Of a DNA stretch of 32,000 bases, positions 1-8,540 are shown in pieces. The position numbers were made by a program, and so were the translations under genes. Under the pieces are notes generated by a model, which was not told the origin of the DNA, did not search any database, and saw nothing but the letters and a program-made list of their open reading frames with translations. Where the stretch lies: the NCBI RefSeq assembly GCF_005281615.1, contig NZ_SZZM01000001.1:1489455-1521454 (forward strand), read 5' to 3'. Source of the DNA: Rhodoligotrophos defluvii (GTDB lineage: Bacteria; Pseudomonadota; Alphaproteobacteria; Rhizobiales; Im1). Every line of letters begins with the position of its first letter. Positions within the stretch are counted from its first letter, which is position 1.

Positions 1-16
1 CGCCAGGAGACCCGTC

Positions 17-538
17 ATGACCGGCATCGCGGCCCCCCGCATGCGCGGCGGCTCGATGCCGTCGTCTTTCCAAACCGACCGTCTCACCCACGTCGAGCTG
101 ACATGGGTGGAAAAGCAGATCGAATACTGGATCAGGTTCGGCCAAGACGTGCAGGAGACGATCCTTGATCGCCGCCGCCGCGTCCTCTCCTTCAGGCCCG
201 GCACGACTTTCGCCTTCGTCCGATGGGCGTCCAACGACTTCGGCACGATCATCTCGCGCATCGATATCGTGCGCGCCATCACGCCCGGCGAAGCCTATCA
301 GACGTTGCCCTTTGTGCGCCCCGGCGGCGACATCCTGCTCAAGATCGAAAGCTGGCCGAAGGTCGAACGCGTGCTGCAGCTCATCGACGCGATCGAGGCC
401 CTTTCGCTCGATCCGGCCGAAGCCGCGCCAGACTATTGGCGGCATGTACACAACCGACTGAGCGCCGGCCAGGACGCACGCCGCTACTCGCGCGATCAGC
501 ACCAGGCGTGGCTTAAGCGCCGGAGGATCGCGCCATGA
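17..538 (+). CDS. DUF2840-like ICE backbone protein, function unknown
   Basis: 173-aa ORF with AGGAG 7 nt upstream of the ATG at 17. Its stop overlaps the traF start (ATGA at 535-538). The sequence and its position directly upstream of the TraF peptidase match DUF2840 proteins as I recall them from Trb-type ICEs. Confidence 0.6.
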   Translation: MTGIAAPRMRGGSMPSSFQTDRLTHVELTWVEKQIEYWIRFGQDVQETILDRRRRVLSFRPGTTFAFVRWASNDFGTIISRIDIVRAITPGEAYQTLPFVRPGGDILLKIESWPKVERVLQLIDAIEALSLDPAEAAPDYWRHVHNRLSAGQDARRYSRDQHQAWLKRRRIAP

Positions 539-1080
539 CCGACCTCAAATGGGCCATGGCGACGTTTGTAGCGTCCAGCGCGATCGCCGTGACGACGTGG
601 ATCGACGCCCCCACGAAACTCATCTGGAATGCCTCGGCCAGCACCCCGATCGGTTTCTATTCGGTCGAACCTGCAAAGCGGCTCGAAGTCACCGATCTGG
701 TCGCCGTCGCTGCGCCGGAACCGATTGCGAGCTTTCTCGCCGACGGCGGATACCTGCCGCGCGACACGCCGCTCCTGAAACGGGTTCTCGGCCTTCCCGG
801 GCAGACCGTCTGCCGCTCCGGCGTCCTGATCAGTGTCGACGGCGTCGCGATGGGAACGGCTCTCCAACGCGACCGCATCGACCGCCCGCTCCCCGATTGG
901 CAGGGCTGCCGCATCGTCGCGGACGGCGAGGTCTTCCTCATGAACTGGGACATTCCCGACAGTCTGGACGGCCGCTATTTCGGCCCGATCCCGGCCAGCG
1001 CCGTCATCGGCCGCGCGGTTCCCTTGTGGACCGACGAGGACGGCCACGGCCGCTTCGAATGGCGGGCGCCAACGCGGTGA
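535..1080 (+). CDS. traF: TraF-type conjugative transfer signal peptidase (S26 family)
   Basis: 181 aa with an N-terminal hydrophobic segment. The motifs NASASTPIGFY and LLKRVLGLPGQTV are typical of TraF/S26 peptidases of P-type conjugation systems. Confidence 0.85.
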   Translation: MTDLKWAMATFVASSAIAVTTWIDAPTKLIWNASASTPIGFYSVEPAKRLEVTDLVAVAAPEPIASFLADGGYLPRDTPLLKRVLGLPGQTVCRSGVLISVDGVAMGTALQRDRIDRPLPDWQGCRIVADGEVFLMNWDIPDSLDGRYFGPIPASAVIGRAVPLWTDEDGHGRFEWRAPTR

Positions 1081-1148
1081 TCGCCCAGCCTGGGGCGGGC
1101 GTACTGCTCGCCCAATCCTTCTCCACCGCATCTTGAAAGGAAACCGCC

Positions 1149-1487
1149 ATGCCGCAAATCGGCGAATTCACCCGCGAGGAATCCGGCTTCACCGGCCGCA
1201 TTCATACGCTCACCCTGTTTCGCGAGATCACCATCGTTCCCGTCGATCCTTCGGACGTCGAGAACGCGCCGAGCTACCGCGTCCATCACGGCGCGGATGA
1301 CAACGCACCAGAGATCGGCGCGGCCTGGACGGAGTCCAGCGAAAAGGCTGGCGAATATCTCTCACTGCTGATCGACGACCCCAGCTTTGCGCAGCCGATC
1401 CGTGCCCGCCTGTTCCAGAACGGGGCTGATACGACCTCCTGGTCTTTGCATTGGAGCCGCCCTCAGAAGCGCGGCGAACGGGAATAG
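1149..1487 (+). CDS. DUF736 domain protein (conserved ICE/plasmid protein of unknown function)
   Basis: 112 aa starting MPQIGEFTREESGFTGRIHTLTL, the characteristic DUF736 N-terminus. AAGGA lies about 8 nt upstream of the ATG. This is the usual slot between traF and the transglycosylase. Confidence 0.8.
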   Translation: MPQIGEFTREESGFTGRIHTLTLFREITIVPVDPSDVENAPSYRVHHGADDNAPEIGAAWTESSEKAGEYLSLLIDDPSFAQPIRARLFQNGADTTSWSLHWSRPQKRGERE

Positions 1488-1490
1488 CGC

Positions 1491-2276
1491 ATGCGGATCG
1501 CTCGCACCAAGCCCGCATCGCCGATGTCAACCGGGCGGCCTCGCGCTGCCCGGTGCGTCATCCTCTTCCTCCTTTCCGGCCTGTCTGTTTCCGCCGCGCC
1601 GCCGCTCGCCGTACTCGCGCAGAGCGCCCCGTCGATCGCGCAGCCAATCCGCGACCCTCACGCCGCCTTCGTGACCGAAGCCTCGCAGCGTTTCGGCATT
1701 CCCGAACACTGGATCAGGTCGGTGCGCCGCGTCGAAAGCGCCGATGACGTGCGCGCCGTCTCATCGGCGGGCGCAATGGGCCTGATGCAGGTCATGCCCG
1801 CCGCCTGGGCGGAATTGCGCGTCCGTTATGGCCTTGGACGCGATCCGTTCGACCCGCGCGACAACATCATCGCTGGTACGGCCTATCTGCGCGAAATGTA
1901 CGATCGCTACGGGTCGCCGGGCTTTCTTGCAGCCTATAACGCTGGACCCGGACGCTATGAGGAATACCTCGCGGGCCGCCCCCTTCCGGCAGAAACCCGC
2001 GCCTATGTCGCCACGCTCGCGCCATTGATCGGCGGGGCAAACCTGTCGCCACCCGCACCGGGGACCGTCGCCGTTGCCGCCGCCGACCCGCACGCTTGGC
2101 GACGAGCGCCGCTCTTCGTCACGCCGTCAGCCCACGGTCTGGATGCGCGCAAAACGACATCCGAACCGCAAGACAACGACGCCCCGACTGCGCCGTCATT
2201 GGGCGAAGGTCCCGCCAATTCTGCGCAATACGGCAGCATTTTCGTTGCCCGTGCCGATGATGGAGACCCGCAATGA
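1491..2276 (+). CDS. Lytic transglycosylase (SLT domain), conjugation-associated
   Basis: 261 aa with a signal-like N-terminus. SLT signatures are present: RRVES (catalytic Glu region), AMGLMQVMP and AYNAGPGRY. An alternative start at Met12 is possible. Confidence 0.85.
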   Translation: MRIARTKPASPMSTGRPRAARCVILFLLSGLSVSAAPPLAVLAQSAPSIAQPIRDPHAAFVTEASQRFGIPEHWIRSVRRVESADDVRAVSSAGAMGLMQVMPAAWAELRVRYGLGRDPFDPRDNIIAGTAYLREMYDRYGSPGFLAAYNAGPGRYEEYLAGRPLPAETRAYVATLAPLIGGANLSPPAPGTVAVAAADPHAWRRAPLFVTPSAHGLDARKTTSEPQDNDAPTAPSLGEGPANSAQYGSIFVARADDGDPQ

Positions 2277-2526
2277 GCCGGTTCGCATCATGGCGCAGCT
2301 TGGCGTGTTCCCGAGAGCGTTGTGCGGAAGGGTGGGAGGAGCAGAGAGCAGCGACAGCAGGACGGCGAGATAAAAGGGCCTCGCCAAATTCGCACAAGCC
2401 ATTGACATGGCTTGTCTTTTGGCGTGCCGGTCGGTCGGGTCGCGTGCCGCGACTGCTGTTTTACCCAGCGATTTCAACAGTGTTTTCGGCACTGTGCGCC
2501 TTCGCGCCGTCTCGGGAGGTCCTCCC
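2277..2526. other. Candidate oriT region upstream of the relaxase gene
   Basis: 250-nt non-coding gap, the largest in the transfer module. Three inverted repeats are present: GGCGAG 2364-2369 / CTCGCC 2380-2385, ACAAGCCAT 2394-2402 / ATGGCTTGT 2407-2415, and GTCGCG 2439-2444 / CGCGAC 2448-2453. There is an 8-bp direct repeat GCGTGCCG at 2422-2429 and 2442-2449. On the - strand, GTCCTGC (2363->2357) directly follows the first inverted repeat and resembles the ATCCTG nic core of MOBP systems. Confidence 0.4.
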
Positions 2527-4290
2527 ATGAGCGAAGGCGACAGCGATTTCCGCGTTCGCCCAGGACGCATCAAATCCACGCGCGCACCCAAGTCTAAGAG
2601 CTTCATCAATCAAGTGCTGAGGGCCTCGAAGAAGGCCGGGCACAGCTCTGGCGAAGGGCAGACCGCCAAGAGAAGCGCCGGCCGTGGTCATTCAACCTTC
2701 GGGCGTGGACGAACCAGCTTCAGCCGTTCGCGCATATTCAGCGCTTCGCGCCGTGTCGTCATCAAGGCGCGCGTGGTCCGCCATCAGGGCAAGTCATTCC
2801 GCGCCGCGTCACTCTCGGCTCATATGTCCTACCTGAAACGCGAAGGCGTCAGCCGTGACGGGGAGAAGGGAGTCTTGTTCGACGCGACGAACGAGCGCGC
2901 CGACGATCTCGCCTTCTCCGACCGATGCAGGGATGACCGGCATCATTTTCGATTCATCGTCTCTCCCGAAGACGCGGGGGAGATGACCGATCTGCGGGAG
3001 TTCACCCGCGACCTCGCCAACCAGATGGAATCGGATCTGGGCACCAAGCTCGACTGGGTCGCCGTCGATCACTGGAACACCGACAATCCGCATGTGCATT
3101 TGCTTGTGCGCGGCGTCGACGAGACTGGCGCCGATCTGGTCATCTCGCGCGATTACATCAGCCGCGGCCTGCGCTCCCGCGCCGAGGATCTTGTCTCCAT
3201 CGAGCTCGGCCCCAGGCCCGAACATGAAATCCGCAACGCGCTGGAAAAGGAAGTCACCGCCCAGCGCTGGACACGGCTCGATGTTGAAATCCGCATCGCC
3301 GCCGACGAGACCGGCTTTATCGACCTGCGCCCCGAGGCGAACGGCAAGGCCGATCCCTCGCTGCGCCGCCTGATGATCGGCAGACTCCAGCATCTCGAAA
3401 GGATGGAGCTCGCGGCACAAGGCTCTCCAGGGGAATGGACCGTCGGGCTGCAGGCCGAACGCACACTGCGCGATCTCGGCATTCGCGGCGACATCATCAA
3501 GACCATGCACCGCGCCTTCACCGAGCGTGGTCAGGATCGCGGCGTCAGCGATTACACGATCGACGGCGGCGGGGCGGGTTCACCCGTTATCGGCCGCCTG
3601 GTCGATCGCGGCCTGCATGACGAGCTGACCGGCGAAGCCTATGCGGTGATCGACGGCACGGACGGCCACGCGCACCATGTCCGCTTCCGCGGGATCGAGG
3701 CCTTCGAGCATGCGCCCCCGATTGGCGGCATCGTCGAGGTGCGTCGCTTCGGCGGCCCCGACGATTCCCGGCCGACGCTGGCGCTCGCCAACCGATCGGA
3801 CTTCGATCTCAACCGCCAGATCACGGCGCCGGGCGCGACCTGGCTGGATCATCGCCTGGTTGAGCGCGAGGCGATGCCCATGTCGATGGGAGGCTTCGGC
3901 GCCGAGGTGCGCGACGCCATGCAGGCGCGCGCCGAGCATCTGGCCGATGAGGGCCTTGCCCGCCGGCAGGGCCAACGCATCCTGCTGCAACGTGATCTGC
4001 TCAATACGCTGCGACAGCGCGAGCTCGATGCCGTTGGCACGAAGCTCCAGAGCGAACACGGACTGCCGTACCAGAAAGCGCAGGCCGGCGAGCATGTCGC
4101 CGGTGTCTATCGCCAGCGTATCGCGCTCACCTCGGGCCGCTTCGCCATGATCGACAACGGGCTCGGCTTCCAGCTCGTGCCCTGGACACCGCCGCTCGAA
4201 AAGAAGCTCGGCCAGCATATCGCCGGCGTCGCCAAGGGGCATGGCGGCATCGAGTGGAGCCTGGGCCGCCAGCGCGGCCTGGGCCTCTAG
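2527..4290 (+). CDS. Conjugative relaxase (MOBP/VirD2-like relaxase domain with a long DUF3363-type C-terminal region)
   Basis: The ORF is open from 2407, but GGGAGG at 2513-2518 precedes the ATG at 2527 (MSEGDSDFRVRPGRI). The His-triad HWNTDNPHVHLLV is typical of MOBP relaxases. The gene sits directly upstream of traG. Confidence 0.85.
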   Translation: MSEGDSDFRVRPGRIKSTRAPKSKSFINQVLRASKKAGHSSGEGQTAKRSAGRGHSTFGRGRTSFSRSRIFSASRRVVIKARVVRHQGKSFRAASLSAHMSYLKREGVSRDGEKGVLFDATNERADDLAFSDRCRDDRHHFRFIVSPEDAGEMTDLREFTRDLANQMESDLGTKLDWVAVDHWNTDNPHVHLLVRGVDETGADLVISRDYISRGLRSRAEDLVSIELGPRPEHEIRNALEKEVTAQRWTRLDVEIRIAADETGFIDLRPEANGKADPSLRRLMIGRLQHLERMELAAQGSPGEWTVGLQAERTLRDLGIRGDIIKTMHRAFTERGQDRGVSDYTIDGGGAGSPVIGRLVDRGLHDELTGEAYAVIDGTDGHAHHVRFRGIEAFEHAPPIGGIVEVRRFGGPDDSRPTLALANRSDFDLNRQITAPGATWLDHRLVEREAMPMSMGGFGAEVRDAMQARAEHLADEGLARRQGQRILLQRDLLNTLRQRELDAVGTKLQSEHGLPYQKAQAGEHVAGVYRQRIALTSGRFAMIDNGLGFQLVPWTPPLEKKLGQHIAGVAKGHGGIEWSLGRQRGLGL

Positions 4291-4320
4291 CACCACAAGC
4301 AGCAAGAAAGGACCCGGCGA

Positions 4321-6312
4321 ATGTCCGCCACCAAAATCCTCTGGGGCCAGATCCTTACCGTCTTTTTGATCATCCTCCTCACCACCTGGGGCGCGACGCA
4401 ATATGTCGCCTGGCAACTTGGCTATCAGGCCCAGCTCGGCACACCATGGTTCGAGCTTGCCGGCACGCCGATCTATTATCCCCCGGCGATCTTCTGGTGG
4501 TGGTACTTCTTCGACGCCTATGCGCCGGGCGTGTTCGCCAAGGGCGGCGTCATCGCCGCATCAGGCGGCTTCATCGCCATCTCGGTCGCCATCGGCATGT
4601 CGGTGTGGCGCGCCCGCGAACAGAAAAATATCGAAACCTATGGCTCGGCTCGATGGGCGAAACCGCAGGAGGTGAAGACGGCGGGCCTGCTCAACCCTGA
4701 CGGCGTCGTCCTCGGTAAGCTCGATCGTCACTATCTTCGCCACGACGGACCGGAGCATGTTCTGTGTTTTGCTCCGACCCGATCCGGCAAGGGTGTCGGC
4801 CTCGTCGTCCCAACCCTGCTGACCTGGCCGGGCTCCGTCGTCGTCCACGACATCAAGGGCGAAAACTGGCAGCTCACCGCCGGCTTCCGCTCGAAGCACG
4901 GTCGGGTCCTGCTGTTCGACCCCACCAATCCGAAATCGGCCGCCTACAATCCTTTGCTTGAAGTGCGGCGCGGCGAGTGGGAGGTGCGCGACGTCCAGAA
5001 CGTCGCTGACGTCCTGGTCGACCCCGAGGGTTCGCTGGAGAAACGCAACCACTGGGAAAAGACCAGTCACTCTTTGCTGGTCGGCGCCATCCTTCACGTC
5101 CTCTATGCCGAGAAGGACAAGACCCTCGCCGGCGTCGCAGGTTTCCTGTCCGACCCGAAGCGCCCGATCGAAACCACGCTGGCGGCGATGATGACCACGC
5201 CACATCTCGGCGAGGCCGGCCCGCATCCTGTCATCGCTTCGACGGCCCGCGAACTGCTCAACAAGTCCGACAACGAGCGCTCCGGCGTCCTGTCTACCGC
5301 CATGTCCTTTCTAGGCTTGTATCGCGATCCCGTTGTCGCCGAGGTGACACGCCGCTGCGACTGGCGCATCGCCGACCTTATCGAGGACGCGCGGCCGGCG
5401 ACCCTCTACCTGGTGGTCCCGCCATCCGACATCTCGCGCACCAAGCCGTTGATCCGGCTTGTGCTCAACCAGATCGGCCGCCGCCTGACCGAGGATCTGC
5501 ACACCAAGGCCCGGCGACACCGGGTCCTGATGATGCTCGACGAGTTTCCGGCTCTCGGCCGTCTCGACTTCTTCGAAAGCGCGCTCGCCTTCATGGCCGG
5601 CTACGGCATGAAAGCCTTCCTCATCGCTCAGTCGCTCAACCAGATCGAAAAGGCCTACGGCGCCAACAACTCGATCCTCGACAACTGCCATGTCCGCGTG
5701 AGCTTCGCTACCAATGACGAGCGCACCGCAAAGCGCGTCTCGGATGCGCTCGGCACCGCCACAGAAATGAAGGCGATGAAAAACTACGCCGGGCACCGTC
5801 TGTCGCCCTGGCTCGGTCACCTCATGGTGTCGCGCTCTGAAACCGCGCGTCCGCTGCTGACCCCCGGCGAGATCATGCAGCTTCCGCCCAACGATGAAAT
5901 CGTCATGTTGGCGGCGACCCCGCCGATCCGGGCCAACAAGGCGCGCTACTTCGAGGACAAGCGCTTCGTCGAGCGCGTACTGCCCCCACCAGACCCGGCT
6001 AAAACCAGTCGCACGACGCGCAAGGATGCGTGGACAGAGCTGAAGCCGCAGGCGCCGGACGCTGCGCTGCTCGCCGAGATCCAGAAGGCCGAGCAAGACG
6101 CGGCCAATAGCGGCCTTCGTCGAGAGCCCGAGCTTCCCGACCATGTCGCAATCGTCAAGGAAACGACCGATCCGAACCCTGCCGACGAGTTCAAAGCCCT
6201 GCTCGACGACGAACCCGAGGACGCCGCGCGCCAGCGGCAAGCGCTTCGCCGCCAGATGAGCGGCATCGCGCGCCAGGTCGCCATGGACCCCAACGACAAT
6301 ATGGAGCTCTGA
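4321..6312 (+). CDS. traG: Type IV coupling protein TraG (VirD4 family)
   Basis: 663 aa with N-terminal TM helices, Walker A FAPTRSGKGVG and a Walker B-like VLMMLDEFP. The overall pattern is TraG/VirD4. Confidence 0.92.
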   Translation: MSATKILWGQILTVFLIILLTTWGATQYVAWQLGYQAQLGTPWFELAGTPIYYPPAIFWWWYFFDAYAPGVFAKGGVIAASGGFIAISVAIGMSVWRAREQKNIETYGSARWAKPQEVKTAGLLNPDGVVLGKLDRHYLRHDGPEHVLCFAPTRSGKGVGLVVPTLLTWPGSVVVHDIKGENWQLTAGFRSKHGRVLLFDPTNPKSAAYNPLLEVRRGEWEVRDVQNVADVLVDPEGSLEKRNHWEKTSHSLLVGAILHVLYAEKDKTLAGVAGFLSDPKRPIETTLAAMMTTPHLGEAGPHPVIASTARELLNKSDNERSGVLSTAMSFLGLYRDPVVAEVTRRCDWRIADLIEDARPATLYLVVPPSDISRTKPLIRLVLNQIGRRLTEDLHTKARRHRVLMMLDEFPALGRLDFFESALAFMAGYGMKAFLIAQSLNQIEKAYGANNSILDNCHVRVSFATNDERTAKRVSDALGTATEMKAMKNYAGHRLSPWLGHLMVSRSETARPLLTPGEIMQLPPNDEIVMLAATPPIRANKARYFEDKRFVERVLPPPDPAKTSRTTRKDAWTELKPQAPDAALLAEIQKAEQDAANSGLRREPELPDHVAIVKETTDPNPADEFKALLDDEPEDAARQRQALRRQMSGIARQVAMDPNDNMEL

Positions 6313-6315
6313 GCC

Positions 6316-6762
6316 ATGCGCGACCGGATGAACGTATACTTCCCGCCCGAGATGCTGCGCCAGATCGCCGACCTTGCTGACCGAAAGAAAATCTCACGCT
6401 CGGCGATCGTCGAAGCCGCAGTCGCATCGTTTCTCTCGCCAGATGGAGCAGACAAGCGCGAAGCCGCCCTCACACGCCGTCTCGACCGTATGACAAGGCA
6501 GATCCAGCGCATCGAACGCGATCTCGGCATCACCGCCGAGACGCTAGCGCTATACGTTCGCTTCTGGCTGTCGGTCACACCGCCGCTGACCGGCGACGCC
6601 AACGCCGCTGCGCAGGCAAAAGGCCGCGAACGCTATGAAGGGTTCATTGAGACAATCGGGCGACGACTACAGCAGGGTCAGAGTTTCCTACGGGAGATTC
6701 CGGACGACGTGGCTCCTGACCTAGAACCTGGCGAAGGCGATTCGCCAGAAGCGAAGCAATAG
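6316..6762 (+). CDS. Ribbon-helix-helix (CopG-like) protein, probable transfer-gene regulator
   Basis: 148 aa. The N-terminus MNVYFPPEMLRQIADLADRKKISRSAIVEAAV has the beta-strand-helix-helix pattern of CopG/Arc proteins. It occupies the conserved slot between traG and trbB. Confidence 0.75.
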   Translation: MRDRMNVYFPPEMLRQIADLADRKKISRSAIVEAAVASFLSPDGADKREAALTRRLDRMTRQIQRIERDLGITAETLALYVRFWLSVTPPLTGDANAAAQAKGRERYEGFIETIGRRLQQGQSFLREIPDDVAPDLEPGEGDSPEAKQ

Positions 6763-6846
6763 TTATACCCTCTTCGAATCTTCCCGAAGTCCGCTCCGCC
6801 GTTCGCCTGTATTTGCACTCTACGCTACTACTACGACAAAGACTTG

Positions 6847-6877
6847 TTGAATCAGCCCAACTTCGGGCTCTTTTAAT
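6847..6877 (+). promoter_or_regulatory. Candidate sigma70-type promoter for the trb operon
   Basis: This is the only AT-rich patch in the 165-nt copG-like/trbB gap. It reads TTGAAT (6847-6852), an 18-19 nt spacer, then TTTAAT (6872-6877), about 50 nt upstream of the trbB ATG. Called by eye only. Confidence 0.3.
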
Positions 6878-6927
6878 CGTCCCCGATCCAGGGCCGGCTG
6901 AACGGTCCCTGGCCGCAAGGGGACGAC

Positions 6928-7917
6928 ATGGCGGCATCTCACCAGAAATCGGAAGCGATCACGCGCGGCGCGCGCATGCTGCGCACAGCCCTTGGACCGG
7001 CCATCGCGCGGTTTCTGGAAGACCCGTCGATCGTCGAGGTGATGCTCAATCCTGACGGCCGGCTCTGGATCGACCGGCTGTCCGAAGGTCTGTCTGACAC
7101 AGGCGAGCGGCTGGCGCCCGCAGATGGCGAACGGATCGTGCGACTCGTCGCGCACCATGTCGGCGCCGAGGTCCATCCCGGCAATCCGCGGGTGTCGGCC
7201 GAACTGCCCGAAACGGGGGAGCGGTTTGAGGGTCTGTTGCCCCCAGTTGTTGCGGCGCCGGCTTTCGCGATCCGCAAACCTGCCGTCGCAGTCTTCACGC
7301 TCGACGACTATGTGGCCGCCGGAATCATGTCGGCGGACCAGGCCGAGGCTCTGAGCGGGGCGGTCGCCGCTCGGGCCAATATCCTTGTCGCCGGCGGCAC
7401 CTCGACCGGCAAGACCACGCTCACCAATGCGTTGCTCGCCGAGGTCTCCAAGACCACGGACCGCGTCGTCATCATTGAGGACACGCGCGAACTGCAATGC
7501 TCCGCACCCAACTTAGTCGCCATGCGCACCAAAGACGGTGTCGCCACCTTGTCGGATCTGGTGCGGTCCTCACTGCGATTGCGCCCAGACCGCATTCCGA
7601 TCGGAGAGGTCCGCGGCTCCGAAGCTCTCGACCTGCTTAAGGCCTGGGGAACGGGTCATCCGGGCGGCATCGGCACCATCCATGCCGGCACAGGGATCGG
7701 TGCGCTGCGCCGCCTCGAGCAACTCATCCAGGAAGCCGTCGTCACCGTCCCAAGGGCGCTGATCGCCGAGACCATCGACCTTGTGGCCGTTCTTGCTGGT
7801 CGTGGCTCGCAACGCCGGCTCGCCGAACTTGCGCGCGTCGATGGCCTTGGCCCGGACGGCGACTACCGCGTCACTCCCGCAACCTCAGCCTCAAGCCCAA
7901 CAGGAGATCCCTCATGA
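6928..7917 (+). CDS. trbB: TrbB, P-type conjugative transfer ATPase (VirB11 family)
   Basis: 329 aa with Walker [10 protein letters not shown] and [19 protein letters not shown] lies upstream of the ATG at 6928. Confidence 0.93.
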   Translation: MAASHQKSEAITRGARMLRTALGPAIARFLEDPSIVEVMLNPDGRLWIDRLSEGLSDTGERLAPADGERIVRLVAHHVGAEVHPGNPRVSAELPETGERFEGLLPPVVAAPAFAIRKPAVAVFTLDDYVAAGIMSADQAEALSGAVAARANILVAGGTSTGKTTLTNALLAEVSKTTDRVVIIEDTRELQCSAPNLVAMRTKDGVATLSDLVRSSLRLRPDRIPIGEVRGSEALDLLKAWGTGHPGGIGTIHAGTGIGALRRLEQLIQEAVVTVPRALIAETIDLVAVLAGRGSQRRLAELARVDGLGPDGDYRVTPATSASSPTGDPS

Positions 7918-8246
7918 TCCGTCACGCCCGGCGCATCCGCCACCATATCACGGCAGCAGCAGCCGTCACCTATGCGACCCTGATCCTCACCCCGGCCGCT
8001 CACGCTTCCGGTTCGTCCATGCCCTGGGAAGCGCCGCTTCAATCGATTCTGCAATCGATCGAGGGCCCGGTCGCCAAGATCGTCGCGGTCATCATCATCA
8101 TCGTCACCGGCCTCACACTGGCCTTCGGCGACTCGTCCGGCGGGTTCCGCCGTCTGATTCAGATCGTGTTCGGTCTGTCGATCGCGTTCGCCGCATCCAG
8201 TTTCTTCCTCTCCTTCTTCTCGTTCGGCGGCGGGGCGCTCGTCTGA
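7914..8246 (+). CDS. trbC: TrbC pilin precursor (VirB2 family)
   Basis: 110 aa with a signal peptide (TPAAHA/SG) and two hydrophobic helices. ATGA overlap with trbB. Confidence 0.88.
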   Translation: MIRHARRIRHHITAAAAVTYATLILTPAAHASGSSMPWEAPLQSILQSIEGPVAKIVAVIIIIVTGLTLAFGDSSGGFRRLIQIVFGLSIAFAASSFFLSFFSFGGGALV

Positions 8247-8527
8247 TGGCGGGGAGGCTGGAACAGCTCGACGAGGTGCCGGGCTTCACCGTGCAGGTCC
8301 ACCGGGCGCTAACCGAGCACATCCTGCTCGGCGGCGCCCCGCGCTCCATCGCCATCATGAACGGCACTTTGGCCGGCGCCGTCGGCCTCGGTCTGCGCCT
8401 CTGGCTTGTCGGCCTTGCCATCTGGGTTGTCGGCCACTTCGCCGCCGTCTGGGCCGCCAAGCGCGACCCGCTCTTCGTCGAGGTCGGGCGGAGGCATCTG
8501 CGCATCCCCGGCCACCTGTCGGTCTGA
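8246..8527 (+). CDS. trbD: TrbD (VirB3 family)
   Basis: 93 aa read from the ATG at 8246 inside the longer track ORF 7781-8527. TGATG overlap with the trbC stop. Begins MAGRLEQLDEVPGFTVQVHRALTE and continues into a hydrophobic hairpin. Confidence 0.85.
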   Translation: MAGRLEQLDEVPGFTVQVHRALTEHILLGGAPRSIAIMNGTLAGAVGLGLRLWLVGLAIWVVGHFAAVWAAKRDPLFVEVGRRHLRIPGHLSV

Positions 8528-8540
8528 GGGAGCACCGCCC

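Noticed and set aside
2273-2530. 85-aa + strand ORF spanning the SLT-relaxase gap
   Set aside because: It has no SD and an implausible W/R/C-rich sequence. It overlaps the repeat-rich region better explained as oriT or a promoter.
6854-6874. AGCCC-AACTTC-GGGCT hairpin followed by CTTTT, considered as a terminator between the RHH gene and trbB
   Set aside because: The stem is only 5 bp and lies inside the spacer of the best promoter candidate. The evidence is insufficient for a terminator call.
8406-8540. N-terminal extensions of track ORFs (TrbE from 8406, TrbJ from 10904, TrbD from 7781, relaxase from 2407, PtsN to 18328, DapA to 28694)
   Set aside because: The extensions overlap upstream genes, lack SD sequences and have unprotein-like composition. 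Internal starts with SD sequences and/or ATGA coupling give family-typical N-termini.
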